Part shown: in pieces, positions 20,016 to 28,269 of the stretch | Layout: every line of letters starts with the position of its first letter | Numbering within the stretch: the first letter of the stretch is position 1 | Assembly: GCA_038212275.1 (NCBI GenBank) | Contig: JBBQUR010000030.1 | Coordinates: forward strand, 1 to 39,482 | DNA: 39,482 nt | Reading direction: 5' to 3' | From: Planctomycetota bacterium | GTDB lineage: Bacteria; Planctomycetota; B15-G4 | Notes under the pieces: model-generated | The model's input: only the letters and a program-made list of their open reading frames with translations | Database searches by the model: none | What the model was told of the DNA's origin: nothing | Translations under genes and position numbers: made by a program

Positions 20016-21133
20016 AAGCCGCGCCATCACGAGCCGCGAAGGCGTGCGTCGCCGCAGCGTGGGTGCTGGCCCTGCTGCTTGCAGTCAGCAGCACGGCGTG
20101 GGCGCAGAACGCGGTGCCGCCCGCCACGCCGGTCCCGGCCGAGGACGCCGCTGATCCCGCTCACGCCGCCGATGCAGCCCACGCCGATGCAGCACGCGAC
20201 ACCGCGGCGGCACACGGGTCGCCCGTCGCGTCCGCTCCTGCGGCACTGCCCGCCTGGCCCCCGACGCAGCCTTCGCCCGACGGCAAGCCCGGTGCCTTCC
20301 GCATCACACTGCACGTCGGCGCCGACGCCCACGCGCTGCCGGTCACCGTCGTGCTGCCCGAGAACATGCCGACGGGCGATGCGCGCCTGCCCGTCGTCAT
20401 CGCGCTGCCGCCCGGCCAGGGCAATGCGCAGATGTGCGCGGTGGTCCGCGAGCTGTACTGGGACTTCGAGGCGCGCGGCCGCGGCTACCTGCTGCTCGTG
20501 CCCGAGGTCCTCGGCCAGTCGCTGCAGACGGAGGGCGCGGACGTCGCGGCGGCGCTCTTCGGCTGGCTCGACGCCGTGGTTCCCTACGACGCCTCGCGCG
20601 TGACGCTGGCCGGCGTGAGCAACGGCGGCGTGGGCGCCTTTCACCTGGCGCTCGCGGCGCCGCAGCGTCTCGCGTCGCTGCTCGTCCTGCCGGGCGCTCA
20701 TGAAGGGCCGCCCGAGGCCCTCGCGGCGCTGGCCGACGTGCCGGTGCGCATGCTCGTCGGCGCCGACGACACCGACTGGCTCGCGCTCTGCGAGCGCAAC
20801 GTCACGGAACTGCACGCCGCAGGCGTGACCGCCGAGTTGCTCGTCGTGCCGGGCCAGGGCCACGTGATCCAGGTGCCCGGCAGTGACCTCTTCGACTGGA
20901 TCGACACGCACGGCACCCGCAAGCCGCCGCCCGCCGCGGACACCGCAACTCCCGCGAAGGCGGCGAATGCCGCGAAGGCCGCGAAGGCCACGAATCCCAC
21001 GAATCCCGCGAATCCCGCGAATCCCGCGAATCCCGCGAATCCCACGAATCCCACGAATCCCACGAATCCCACGGACACCGAGGGGCACGCCGGCGCCGCT
21101 CCCGCAGCCGGCGGCTCTCAGCCCCGCAGGTGA
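20012..21133 (+). CDS. Secreted alpha/beta-hydrolase (esterase-like) with repetitive tail
   Basis: Signal peptide ending AWA; nucleophile elbow GVSNGG; VGADD and GQGH complete a catalytic triad. GTGA overlap. Confidence 0.8.
   Translation: MKAAPSRAAKACVAAAWVLALLLAVSSTAWAQNAVPPATPVPAEDAADPAHAADAAHADAARDTAAAHGSPVASAPAALPAWPPTQPSPDGKPGAFRITLHVGADAHALPVTVVLPENMPTGDARLPVVIALPPGQGNAQMCAVVRELYWDFEARGRGYLLLVPEVLGQSLQTEGADVAAALFGWLDAVVPYDASRVTLAGVSNGGVGAFHLALAAPQRLASLLVLPGAHEGPPEALAALADVPVRMLVGADDTDWLALCERNVTELHAAGVTAELLVVPGQGHVIQVPGSDLFDWIDTHGTRKPPPAADTATPAKAANAAKAAKATNPTNPANPANPANPANPTNPTNPTNPTDTEGHAGAAPAAGGSQPRR
20991..21071 (+). repeat. Coding tandem 9-mer CGAATCCC(A/G) x9, encoding (T/A)NP repeats
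   Basis: Read directly; preceded by degenerate AKA units. Confidence 0.95.
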
Positions 21134-21642
21134 GCGCGGGCCAGTTCCAGATAGTGGGCCGCGTGCCCGCGGAACAGTTCCAGCTCCGCGTCGCTGACCT
21201 GGCGCATGATTTTCGCCGGCACGCCGGCCAGCAGCGAGCGCGGCGGGATGACGGCATTCTCTTTCACCACGGCGCCGGCCGCGATGATGCAGCCTGCGCC
21301 GATGTCCGCGCCGCCGAGGATCACGGCCTTGATGCCGATGAGGCAGCCGTCGCCGACGCGCCGACCGTGCACGACCGCGCCGTGCCCGATGGTGATGCCC
21401 GCGCCGATGTCGTTGGGCACGCCGGTGTCGGCGTGGATCACCGCGCCGTCCTGCACGTTGGTGAGCGCGCCGATGCTGATGCGCGCGCAGTCGCCGCGGA
21501 TCACGGCGCCGTACCAGACGCTGACGTCCCTGCCGAGCAGCACGTCGTCGGTGATGACGGCGGTCGAGGCGACGTAGGCATCGCCGCGGCGCAGCATGCG
21601 CGGGTTGGAGAAGGCGTCGGAGGGCAGCGGCGTCGAACTCAT
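21118..21642 (-). CDS. Gamma carbonic anhydrase family protein
   Basis: SVWYGAVIRGD, TNVQDGAVIH and TIGHGAVVHG (three Zn-binding His) with hexapeptide repeats. Confidence 0.93.
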   Translation of the reverse strand: MSSTPLPSDAFSNPRMLRRGDAYVASTAVITDDVLLGRDVSVWYGAVIRGDCARISIGALTNVQDGAVIHADTGVPNDIGAGITIGHGAVVHGRRVGDGCLIGIKAVILGGADIGAGCIIAAGAVVKENAVIPPRSLLAGVPAKIMRQVSDAELELFRGHAAHYLELARAHLRG

Positions 21643-22421
21643 GTCAGCATCCCGGGAGCGAGGGTGGCCACCAGCAGCGTGACGCCATTGTGCAGCGCAT
21701 GGAAGGCGAGCGGCGCGGCGAGGCTGCCGGTGCGCTCGTAGAGGATGGCGAGCATCACGCCCAGCGCGGCGGCCGGCGCCGCGGCCACCGGTTCATGGGC
21801 CAGCCCGAAGAGCAGCGCCGAGGCCGCCACCGCCAGCGCCGGATGCAGCGTGCGCCGCAACGCGCCGTAGATGCCGCCGCGGAAGATCAGCTCCTCGAAG
21901 GCGGGCAGCAGCAACACGATGGAGCCCCACGCGAGCGGCGAGGTGCGCGCCTCCGGGTCGGCGAGAAAGAGGCGCAGCGGCTCCTGCAGCGCGGCCTCGT
22001 AGCCGAGCGCCGTGAGCGCCTGCGTGTTGAGCCAGGCCACGCCGACGAAGACGGGATAGAAGGCAAGCCACGCCGCGAGCGCCACCACGAGGGCGGAGGG
22101 CCCGCGCCTCCCGCGCAATCCCAGCGCCGCCACGCCCTCGGGCCGCCGCGCCATGAGGGCCAGCACGACCGCTGCCGCCACGGCCGCCGCACCGACCTGC
22201 AGCGCGAGGCGGTCGACCAGGTCGTCCGACGCGGGGAGCAGCTTGACGAGCAACATGGCCGCCGCGAACTGCACGGCGTACCCGGCGATGGCCGCCCAGC
22301 CGGTGAACGTGACCGTGTTCTCCGCGTGCAGGCCCGACAGCCGCGGCGACACCCAGCGCCAGAGCAGCAGGCCGGACAGCCCCATGCCCACGACGATGAG
22401 CAGCCCGGTGAGCAGGATCAC
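21639..22421 (-). CDS. CPBP (Abi / CAAX) intramembrane glutamic endopeptidase
   Basis: EELIFRG, LFGLAH and YERTGSL..HALHN motifs; multiple TMs. GTG start overlaps the upstream stop. Confidence 0.9.
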   Translation of the reverse strand: MILLTGLLIVVGMGLSGLLLWRWVSPRLSGLHAENTVTFTGWAAIAGYAVQFAAAMLLVKLLPASDDLVDRLALQVGAAAVAAAVVLALMARRPEGVAALGLRGRRGPSALVVALAAWLAFYPVFVGVAWLNTQALTALGYEAALQEPLRLFLADPEARTSPLAWGSIVLLLPAFEELIFRGGIYGALRRTLHPALAVAASALLFGLAHEPVAAAPAAALGVMLAILYERTGSLAAPLAFHALHNGVTLLVATLAPGMLT

Positions 22422-23980
22422 GGCAGGCGTTCGAGCAGGCGGTCCACTTCGTCCGCGGTGTTCCAGCCGTGCGGCGAGAAGCGCACGCCGGGACCGCGCG
22501 CCGTGACCGACACGCCGCGTTGCTCGAGCAGGCTCACGACCTCCATCGCCGGGAGCCGCGGATGGCTGGCGGAGAGAATCCCGGAGCGCTCGCCGCGCTG
22601 CACCTCGCTGTGTCCGACGGCCTGGCCGCGCCCGATGGTCTCGCTGCGCCCGGTGACCTCGCTGCGCCCGGTGACCGGGCCGCGCCCGATGGCCTCGCCG
22701 CGCCCGACAGCCTGGCGGAGCCCGCCGACCGGGCCCGGCAACGCCGCCATCGGCGTGTGGATGCTCCAGCCGCGGTGCCGGAGGCCGGCGGCGAGCTGGT
22801 CGGTCAGCTCCAGAATGCGCGTGCCGATCTGCTCCGTGCCGACTTCCAGGAGCATGCCGAGGGCGGCATCCAGCCCGTAGAGGCAGGCGGTGGGGAGGCA
22901 GGCATACTCGAAGCGGCGCGCGTCGGCGTGCAGCGGCGCGTCGGGCGTCCATCGGGCGAAGGGCTCGGCCAGGCTCCACCACGAGGTCAACGGACTGTCG
23001 AGCACGCCGATGAGTTCGCGCCGGCAATAGAAGACGCCGATGCCCTCCAGGCCGAGCATCCACTTGTGCGAGTCGGCCGAGAGGAAGTCGATGCCGGACA
23101 TGTGGACATCCAGTGGAAAAGCGCCGAGCCCCTGGATCACGTCCACGCACAGCAGGACGCGACGGTCCGGATCCGCGCGGCCGGAAGTCGCGCCTGGAAA
23201 AGCGCTTGAGCTCGAAGGCGCGCTCGGCAGGGAGCTGCTTTCGCGCGGGGCTTCCGTGATACCACCGACAGCAGCGACGGTGTCGAAGCCTGTGGAAAGT
23301 CCGGCAGCGACGCTGCCGTGCGCGATGGGCTCGATGGGGATGGCGGCGTGCGTGCTGGTGCTCGTCGAGGCGCCGTGATCGGCACGCTCTCCGGCGCCGG
23401 CGCCGCCCTCCGGCTGCGTGCTGCCTGCCCACGGCGTGCGCGCGGCGTTCACTTTGGCGAGTCCGGCGGCGAGCGCCGCCAGGTCGATGCGGAAGCCCGT
23501 GTCGTAGAGCACCCAGGGGATGGCGAGCAGTCGCGTGCGCGGCGTGATCGCGCCGAGCAGCGCTTCGACGCTCACGCGGCCGTCGCGGCGCGGCACGACG
23601 ACGATCTCGACTCCGCGACGGCGCTGACGAAACCATGGAATCTGGTTGGCCGGGAAGTCATCTTCGACCACAACGATCTGATCGCCAGGCTCCAGGCGGA
23701 GGCCCTCGGCAACCATGAGCAATCCCTGGGAGGTGCTGGTCGTGAATGCGACTTCACCAGGTTCGGCACCGAGGAGCGCAGCGGCACGGCGGCGTGCGCT
23801 CTCGCGCCGGGCCAGCCACGCCAGGAAGCCGGTCGAGCCCTGCCGACTGGCGTCCGCGAGAAACTCCGCCACGGCAGCCTGCACGGGACGAGACACCGGG
23901 GAGACCGCAGCGTGATTGAAGTAGATCCACAATTCCGCGACTGGGAAATCACCACGGAATCGCGCGAAAACGTCGGACAA
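22418..23980 (-). CDS. Class V PLP-dependent aminotransferase (cysteine desulfurase-like fold) with two low-complexity insertions
   Basis: YFNHAAVSP, VDVIQGLG, DSHKWMLG (PLP Lys) and VRFSPHGWNT..EVD motifs. TTG start. Confidence 0.9.
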   Translation of the reverse strand: MSDVFARFRGDFPVAELWIYFNHAAVSPVSRPVQAAVAEFLADASRQGSTGFLAWLARRESARRRAAALLGAEPGEVAFTTSTSQGLLMVAEGLRLEPGDQIVVVEDDFPANQIPWFRQRRRGVEIVVVPRRDGRVSVEALLGAITPRTRLLAIPWVLYDTGFRIDLAALAAGLAKVNAARTPWAGSTQPEGGAGAGERADHGASTSTSTHAAIPIEPIAHGSVAAGLSTGFDTVAAVGGITEAPRESSSLPSAPSSSSAFPGATSGRADPDRRVLLCVDVIQGLGAFPLDVHMSGIDFLSADSHKWMLGLEGIGVFYCRRELIGVLDSPLTSWWSLAEPFARWTPDAPLHADARRFEYACLPTACLYGLDAALGMLLEVGTEQIGTRILELTDQLAAGLRHRGWSIHTPMAALPGPVGGLRQAVGRGEAIGRGPVTGRSEVTGRSETIGRGQAVGHSEVQRGERSGILSASHPRLPAMEVVSLLEQRGVSVTARGPGVRFSPHGWNTADEVDRLLERLP

Positions 23981-24136
23981 GGCGACCTTCCTGCCGAGGA
24001 TCGGGGGCTGGCCGCCGGGCTCCCCGCCCGACGCGCGGGATCCGTTCTACACTACCCCGAGCGAGGGAACCACGAAGCCGGCACGGCCGGCGCGGGTCCT
24101 TCCGCGTCCTCCGCGAGAGCGCGGGCAGGTTCGGGC

Positions 24137-25237
24137 ATGGCGACACATTCCGGCAAGGAGTCCGCACTCGAGCTGCTGCTCGAGCAGCCCTCCCGTCTCG
24201 AGAACGGACTCGTCGTGCTCGACCGGCGCCTGCCGCTGGACGAGTCCGTGGAAGTGGACGCGCTGCTGCGCGATGCGCTCGGCTATCCCGTCGTCGTGCT
24301 GTTCTGCAAGGGCGAGATCGGGCCGGAGCTCGGGCGCATGGCGGCCGTCGTCGCCGGTCTGCAGCGCGGCCGCTACCTGCTCGCGCGTCTCTACGGCGAG
24401 AAGGGCCTCGACGCAACGCTGCGTCCGCGCTTCGTGCTGCTCGGCAGTCGCTTCGCCGACGATGCCTCCGCGCTGCTGGACATGATGTCCGGCGTCGAGG
24501 TGCACGCGCTGGAGTATCGCGTCGTCACCGGCAACAACGGCCAGCAGGTGCTCGACCTCGCGAGCTTCCACCGCACGTCGGGGCCGACCTCGGTGGCGAG
24601 CGCCTGGCGCAGCAGCGACAAGGCCGCGCCGCCGAGCATCGCGCCGAGCCTGACGCCCGGCATCGCATCCGGCGCCGCACCGAGTTTGTCGCCCGGCATC
24701 GCATCGGGCATGGCATCGGGCATGGCATCGGGCATGGCATCGGGCATCGCATCGGGCTTGACGCCCGGCCTCGCATCGAGCACCTCGCTGAGCATGGCTT
24801 CGGGATCGACTCCGGCGCGGGCGGCGGCGCCGGCGCAGGCCGCGCCTCGCCTGGCGCCGGACGGGCAGACCGCCGGTGCGGCGCGGCTCGCGGCCACCGC
24901 GCGGCCTTCGGGAGACGAGTTGCAGCTCATCGACGAGGATTCCGCCACGCCTGATCTTTCCCGCAGCTACTTTCTCCGTGCTCGCGACAGCATCCGGTCG
25001 CTCTCGAGCCATGTCTCCGAGAACTCGGACAATGGTCGCCTGCGCTATCGCGTCGCCGACGAGGATCTGGCCACGTTGTCGCTGGATGCCGGCGGCTTCC
25101 ATGTCCAGGTCGGCAACGACAAGGACGGCGCCGGCGCTCCGGTGCGCGTGACCGACGAGGCCACGTTCAACGAGCGCCTCAATGCGGTGTTCACGCTGTA
25201 CTTCAACCGGTTGGGGCCTGACCGGCCGCCGGCGTGA
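24137..25237 (+). CDS. Hypothetical protein: degenerate NucS-like PD-(D/E)XK N-domain, repetitive linker and small C-domain
   Basis: LENGLVVLDRRL..EVDALLRD..GYPVVV and RPRFVLLG..F..EY pattern. The stop overlaps the next GTG. Confidence 0.65.
   Translation: MATHSGKESALELLLEQPSRLENGLVVLDRRLPLDESVEVDALLRDALGYPVVVLFCKGEIGPELGRMAAVVAGLQRGRYLLARLYGEKGLDATLRPRFVLLGSRFADDASALLDMMSGVEVHALEYRVVTGNNGQQVLDLASFHRTSGPTSVASAWRSSDKAAPPSIAPSLTPGIASGAAPSLSPGIASGMASGMASGMASGIASGLTPGLASSTSLSMASGSTPARAAAPAQAAPRLAPDGQTAGAARLAATARPSGDELQLIDEDSATPDLSRSYFLRARDSIRSLSSHVSENSDNGRLRYRVADEDLATLSLDAGGFHVQVGNDKDGAGAPVRVTDEATFNERLNAVFTLYFNRLGPDRPPA
24695..24754 (+). repeat. Coding tandem 12-mer GGCAT(C/G)GCATCG x5, encoding G(M/I)AS
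   Basis: Read directly. Confidence 0.95.
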
Positions 25238-28200
25238 AGCGAGCGAGCGCTCTCTTCGTCCTGCTCGGGGCCGTGCTGCTGGCCGGGACGTGGCGTTCGC
25301 CGGAAAATCTCGGGGCCAAGGACTGGAACTGGTTTCTCGGCCAGACCGAGGCCGAGATCACGAGCCTCGTGCACTACGGGCAGTTTCCGCTCTGGTCGCC
25401 GTGGCGGCACGGCGGTCAGGTCTGCTTCGCGCAGCCCGAGTCGATGTTCCTGTCGCCGGTCACGCTGCTGGCGCTCGCCGTCGGCACGCTCCTCGCCTTC
25501 AAGCTGCTGCTGCTGCCCGTCTACGTCGCCGGTGCGCTGGGCATGGTGGCGCTTGCGGGAGAGCTGGGCCTTGCGGGGCGCGCGCGACTGGTGCCCGCGC
25601 TCGTCTTCTTCTGCAGCAGCGTCGTGCCGCTCTACGTGCTGGCCGGCCTGCCCAACTGGCTGTGCGCACTCGCCATTCTGCCGTGGTTGCTCTGGGCGCT
25701 GCGGCGCGCACGGCACGACCTGCGCTGGCTGCTCCTCGCCGGCCTGCTCGATGCGGGGCTGCTCTTCTGCGGGGCGATCTTCTGGTTCACGCTTTTCCCG
25801 GTGCTGCTCATGCTCGACGGAGCGTGCGCCTCGGTGATCGAGCGTCGCGTTCGACCGCTCCTGCTGGCGGGCGTTGCGCTGCTGGTCGGCGTCGTGCTCG
25901 CGGCGCCGCGCATCGTGCCGCTGTTCGAGGTGCACGCCGAGCATCCGCGGGAGATGGCCGCCACGGGCTACTTCCTGCCGCCGTCGCTCGTGTGGCCCGC
26001 ATGGCTCTCCACCGAGTGGCCCGATCTCTCGACGCCCAACGGCAGCTTCCTCGTCACCGGCGAATCCGCGGTGTACTGGCCCTACATCGGCGCGTGGATC
26101 GGCCCGCTCGCCCTGGCGCTCGCGGCGCTGGGCGTGCTGGCCGGCGGCCGTCGCGCGCTCGGCTGGCTGCTCGCAGGCGCCACCTGTCTCTGGGCTGCCT
26201 TCGGTTCGGGCGTTCATCCGAGCCTGTGGGACGTGCTGCACAAGCTGCCCGGCATCACGTCCATGCACGTGCCGTCGCGTCTCATGCTGTTGACGACCTT
26301 CTGCCTCGCGCTGCTCGCGGGCTTCGGCTGGGAGCGAGTGGAACTCTGGCTCGCGCGCGCCGGCCGATCGCGCGGCGTGCTTGCCGTCGGACTGCTCGCG
26401 CTGCTCGTCGTGCCGATGCTCGTCGTGAATGCGCCCCTGTCAGCGCTTGCCTTCACCGTGACGCCGACGCCGGACGTGCGCTTCGAGCCGGAGTTCCGGC
26501 AGCGCACCGTGCCGGCGCGCCCCGAACAATGGTTGGGCGAGGCCTTCGAGAGCGTGCGCGCCAACGTCGGCAATCCGATGGCCGCGACGGACATTCCCAC
26601 GCAGCTTGCCGTGGCGACGGACGATGCGCCCGACTACCACGGCGAGGTCTACCTGCTCGCGGACGCGCTGGCCGGACGGGGCCCGCGCGGGGCCGAGGTG
26701 TCCAGCAGCCTGACGCCCAACCGCATCGAGGTCGCTCTGACGACGCCGGTCGACGACTTGCTCGTGGTGAATCAAAGCTGGTTTCCGGGTTGGCGCGTGG
26801 AGGTGCTTTCGGAATCTGCGACGGGCGACGGGCACGTCGGGAAGGCGCAGGATCACGACGGGCTGATTGCGGTGCCGGTGCCTGCGGGACGCATGCGCCT
26901 CGCCTTCGTCTTCGATCCGCCGGGTGCGTGGCGCGGGATGCTCATCGGGGCGCTCGGGTTGGCGCTCGGAGGCGCCTGGCTGTGGGCGCGTCGCGGCGCG
27001 GCGCCGTCGGCGCTCAGCGTGCCGGCGGCTCCGGAGTGGCTGGCCTTCGGCGCGTTCGGCGCCCTCGCGCTGTCCGTCGCGGGTTCCTGGGCGATGCCGA
27101 CCGCGCCGGGTTCGCCGGGTTCGCTGGCACGAACGGGAGGCGAAGCCGCCGCGTGGCTCGCCGCCGGAACGGTCGTCGAGGCGCCCGCGGCGCCGAACGG
27201 CGTGCTCGATCTGCAGCCGACGCTCGACGCCGCGCGGGCCGGCGCGTTGCTGCTGCTGCCTCCCGGTCGCTATGCGGGCTTCTCCATTCCGCGTGGCGTG
27301 ATCCTTGCCGCCCTGCCCGGCGGCAGCGTGGCGGTGGAGGGGCCGGTCACGCTCGATGCGCTGCCGGCGACGCAGCGCGTCGCCCTGCTGGCGCTGTCAG
27401 GCGGCGAGCTGCGCCTGCGTGCGGGCTTCGTGGCGCGGGACTGCGCGGGCGGCCTGCTGCTGCAGCACGTGGAACTCGAGCCGCTGGCCGGCGCGGCATC
27501 CTTCGAAGCGGCGCGCTGCCTGCGCGTGGCGCTGCTCGGCGTGCGCTCCGGCGCGGTGACGCTGCGCTCGAGCGGAGCGAGCCTGCTGCGCTGCGAGGTG
27601 AGCGGCGCGCCGGGGCTCGCGGCCATCGACGCACTGACCTCCACGCTGGTGCTGCGCGACGGACTCCTCGCGGGCGGTGCGGGTTGCCCCGCGACGGTGT
27701 GCCTGCGCGGCGGTTCGCTTTTCGCCGGAGTCAGCGGTGATGCCCCGGATGACGCGGGCGGCGACGGCAGACTCTTCGCCGCGGGAAGCCTGCCGCTGCT
27801 GCTGCAGCGCGGCGCGCGTGCCGTGCTCTCCGGCCTCGGCGACGATGCGGCGCATGCGCTCGTCGAACCGGGCAGCACGTTGACGCTCGCCGCCGGCGTG
27901 CCTCCGGAGATTCACCTCGTCGAGAGCCGCTACGGCGGCGGCAAGCTGCTGCTCGAGCTGGCGGGGCGGCCCCGGAGCAGCGGCTTCGTGCTGCTCAGCA
28001 GCAGCAGTCAGGTGCTGGACGTGCCCGTCGTGCCCGGCGCGCTGCCGGAGGGCGGCGTGCTGATCAGCGACCCGCGTCAGAGCAGGCGGATCTCGGTGAC
28101 GCTGCCCGCGTCGGGACAGCTCTCGCAGCGCGTGCAGATTTCTTCCGCGATGCGCCGCCCCGGCAACGAGGTCTTCGTGCAATTCGCTTCCGAGACGGGC

Positions 28201-28269
28201 GCGGACGGCGGCTATCAGCTCTCGCTTCCCGACGCGGTGATGCTCGAGCTTCGCGGGGTGCGGCCATGA
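25234..28269 (+). CDS. YfhO-like (GT-C fold) membrane protein fused to a C-terminal beta-helix-like domain, paralog 1
   Basis: GQFPLWSPWRHGG, many TMs, LVVNQSWFPGW..IAVPVPAG..FVFDPP, then LQPTLDAARAGALLLLPPGRYAGF. Confidence 0.75.
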   Translation: MKRASALFVLLGAVLLAGTWRSPENLGAKDWNWFLGQTEAEITSLVHYGQFPLWSPWRHGGQVCFAQPESMFLSPVTLLALAVGTLLAFKLLLLPVYVAGALGMVALAGELGLAGRARLVPALVFFCSSVVPLYVLAGLPNWLCALAILPWLLWALRRARHDLRWLLLAGLLDAGLLFCGAIFWFTLFPVLLMLDGACASVIERRVRPLLLAGVALLVGVVLAAPRIVPLFEVHAEHPREMAATGYFLPPSLVWPAWLSTEWPDLSTPNGSFLVTGESAVYWPYIGAWIGPLALALAALGVLAGGRRALGWLLAGATCLWAAFGSGVHPSLWDVLHKLPGITSMHVPSRLMLLTTFCLALLAGFGWERVELWLARAGRSRGVLAVGLLALLVVPMLVVNAPLSALAFTVTPTPDVRFEPEFRQRTVPARPEQWLGEAFESVRANVGNPMAATDIPTQLAVATDDAPDYHGEVYLLADALAGRGPRGAEVSSSLTPNRIEVALTTPVDDLLVVNQSWFPGWRVEVLSESATGDGHVGKAQDHDGLIAVPVPAGRMRLAFVFDPPGAWRGMLIGALGLALGGAWLWARRGAAPSALSVPAAPEWLAFGAFGALALSVAGSWAMPTAPGSPGSLARTGGEAAAWLAAGTVVEAPAAPNGVLDLQPTLDAARAGALLLLPPGRYAGFSIPRGVILAALPGGSVAVEGPVTLDALPATQRVALLALSGGELRLRAGFVARDCAGGLLLQHVELEPLAGAASFEAARCLRVALLGVRSGAVTLRSSGASLLRCEVSGAPGLAAIDALTSTLVLRDGLLAGGAGCPATVCLRGGSLFAGVSGDAPDDAGGDGRLFAAGSLPLLLQRGARAVLSGLGDDAAHALVEPGSTLTLAAGVPPEIHLVESRYGGGKLLLELAGRPRSSGFVLLSSSSQVLDVPVVPGALPEGGVLISDPRQSRRISVTLPASGQLSQRVQISSAMRRPGNEVFVQFASETGADGGYQLSLPDAVMLELRGVRP

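Noticed and set aside
23165..23455. Aminotransferase insertion as an intein
   Set aside because: No C/S...HN-C/S/T splice termini or Hint motifs; low-complexity sequence.
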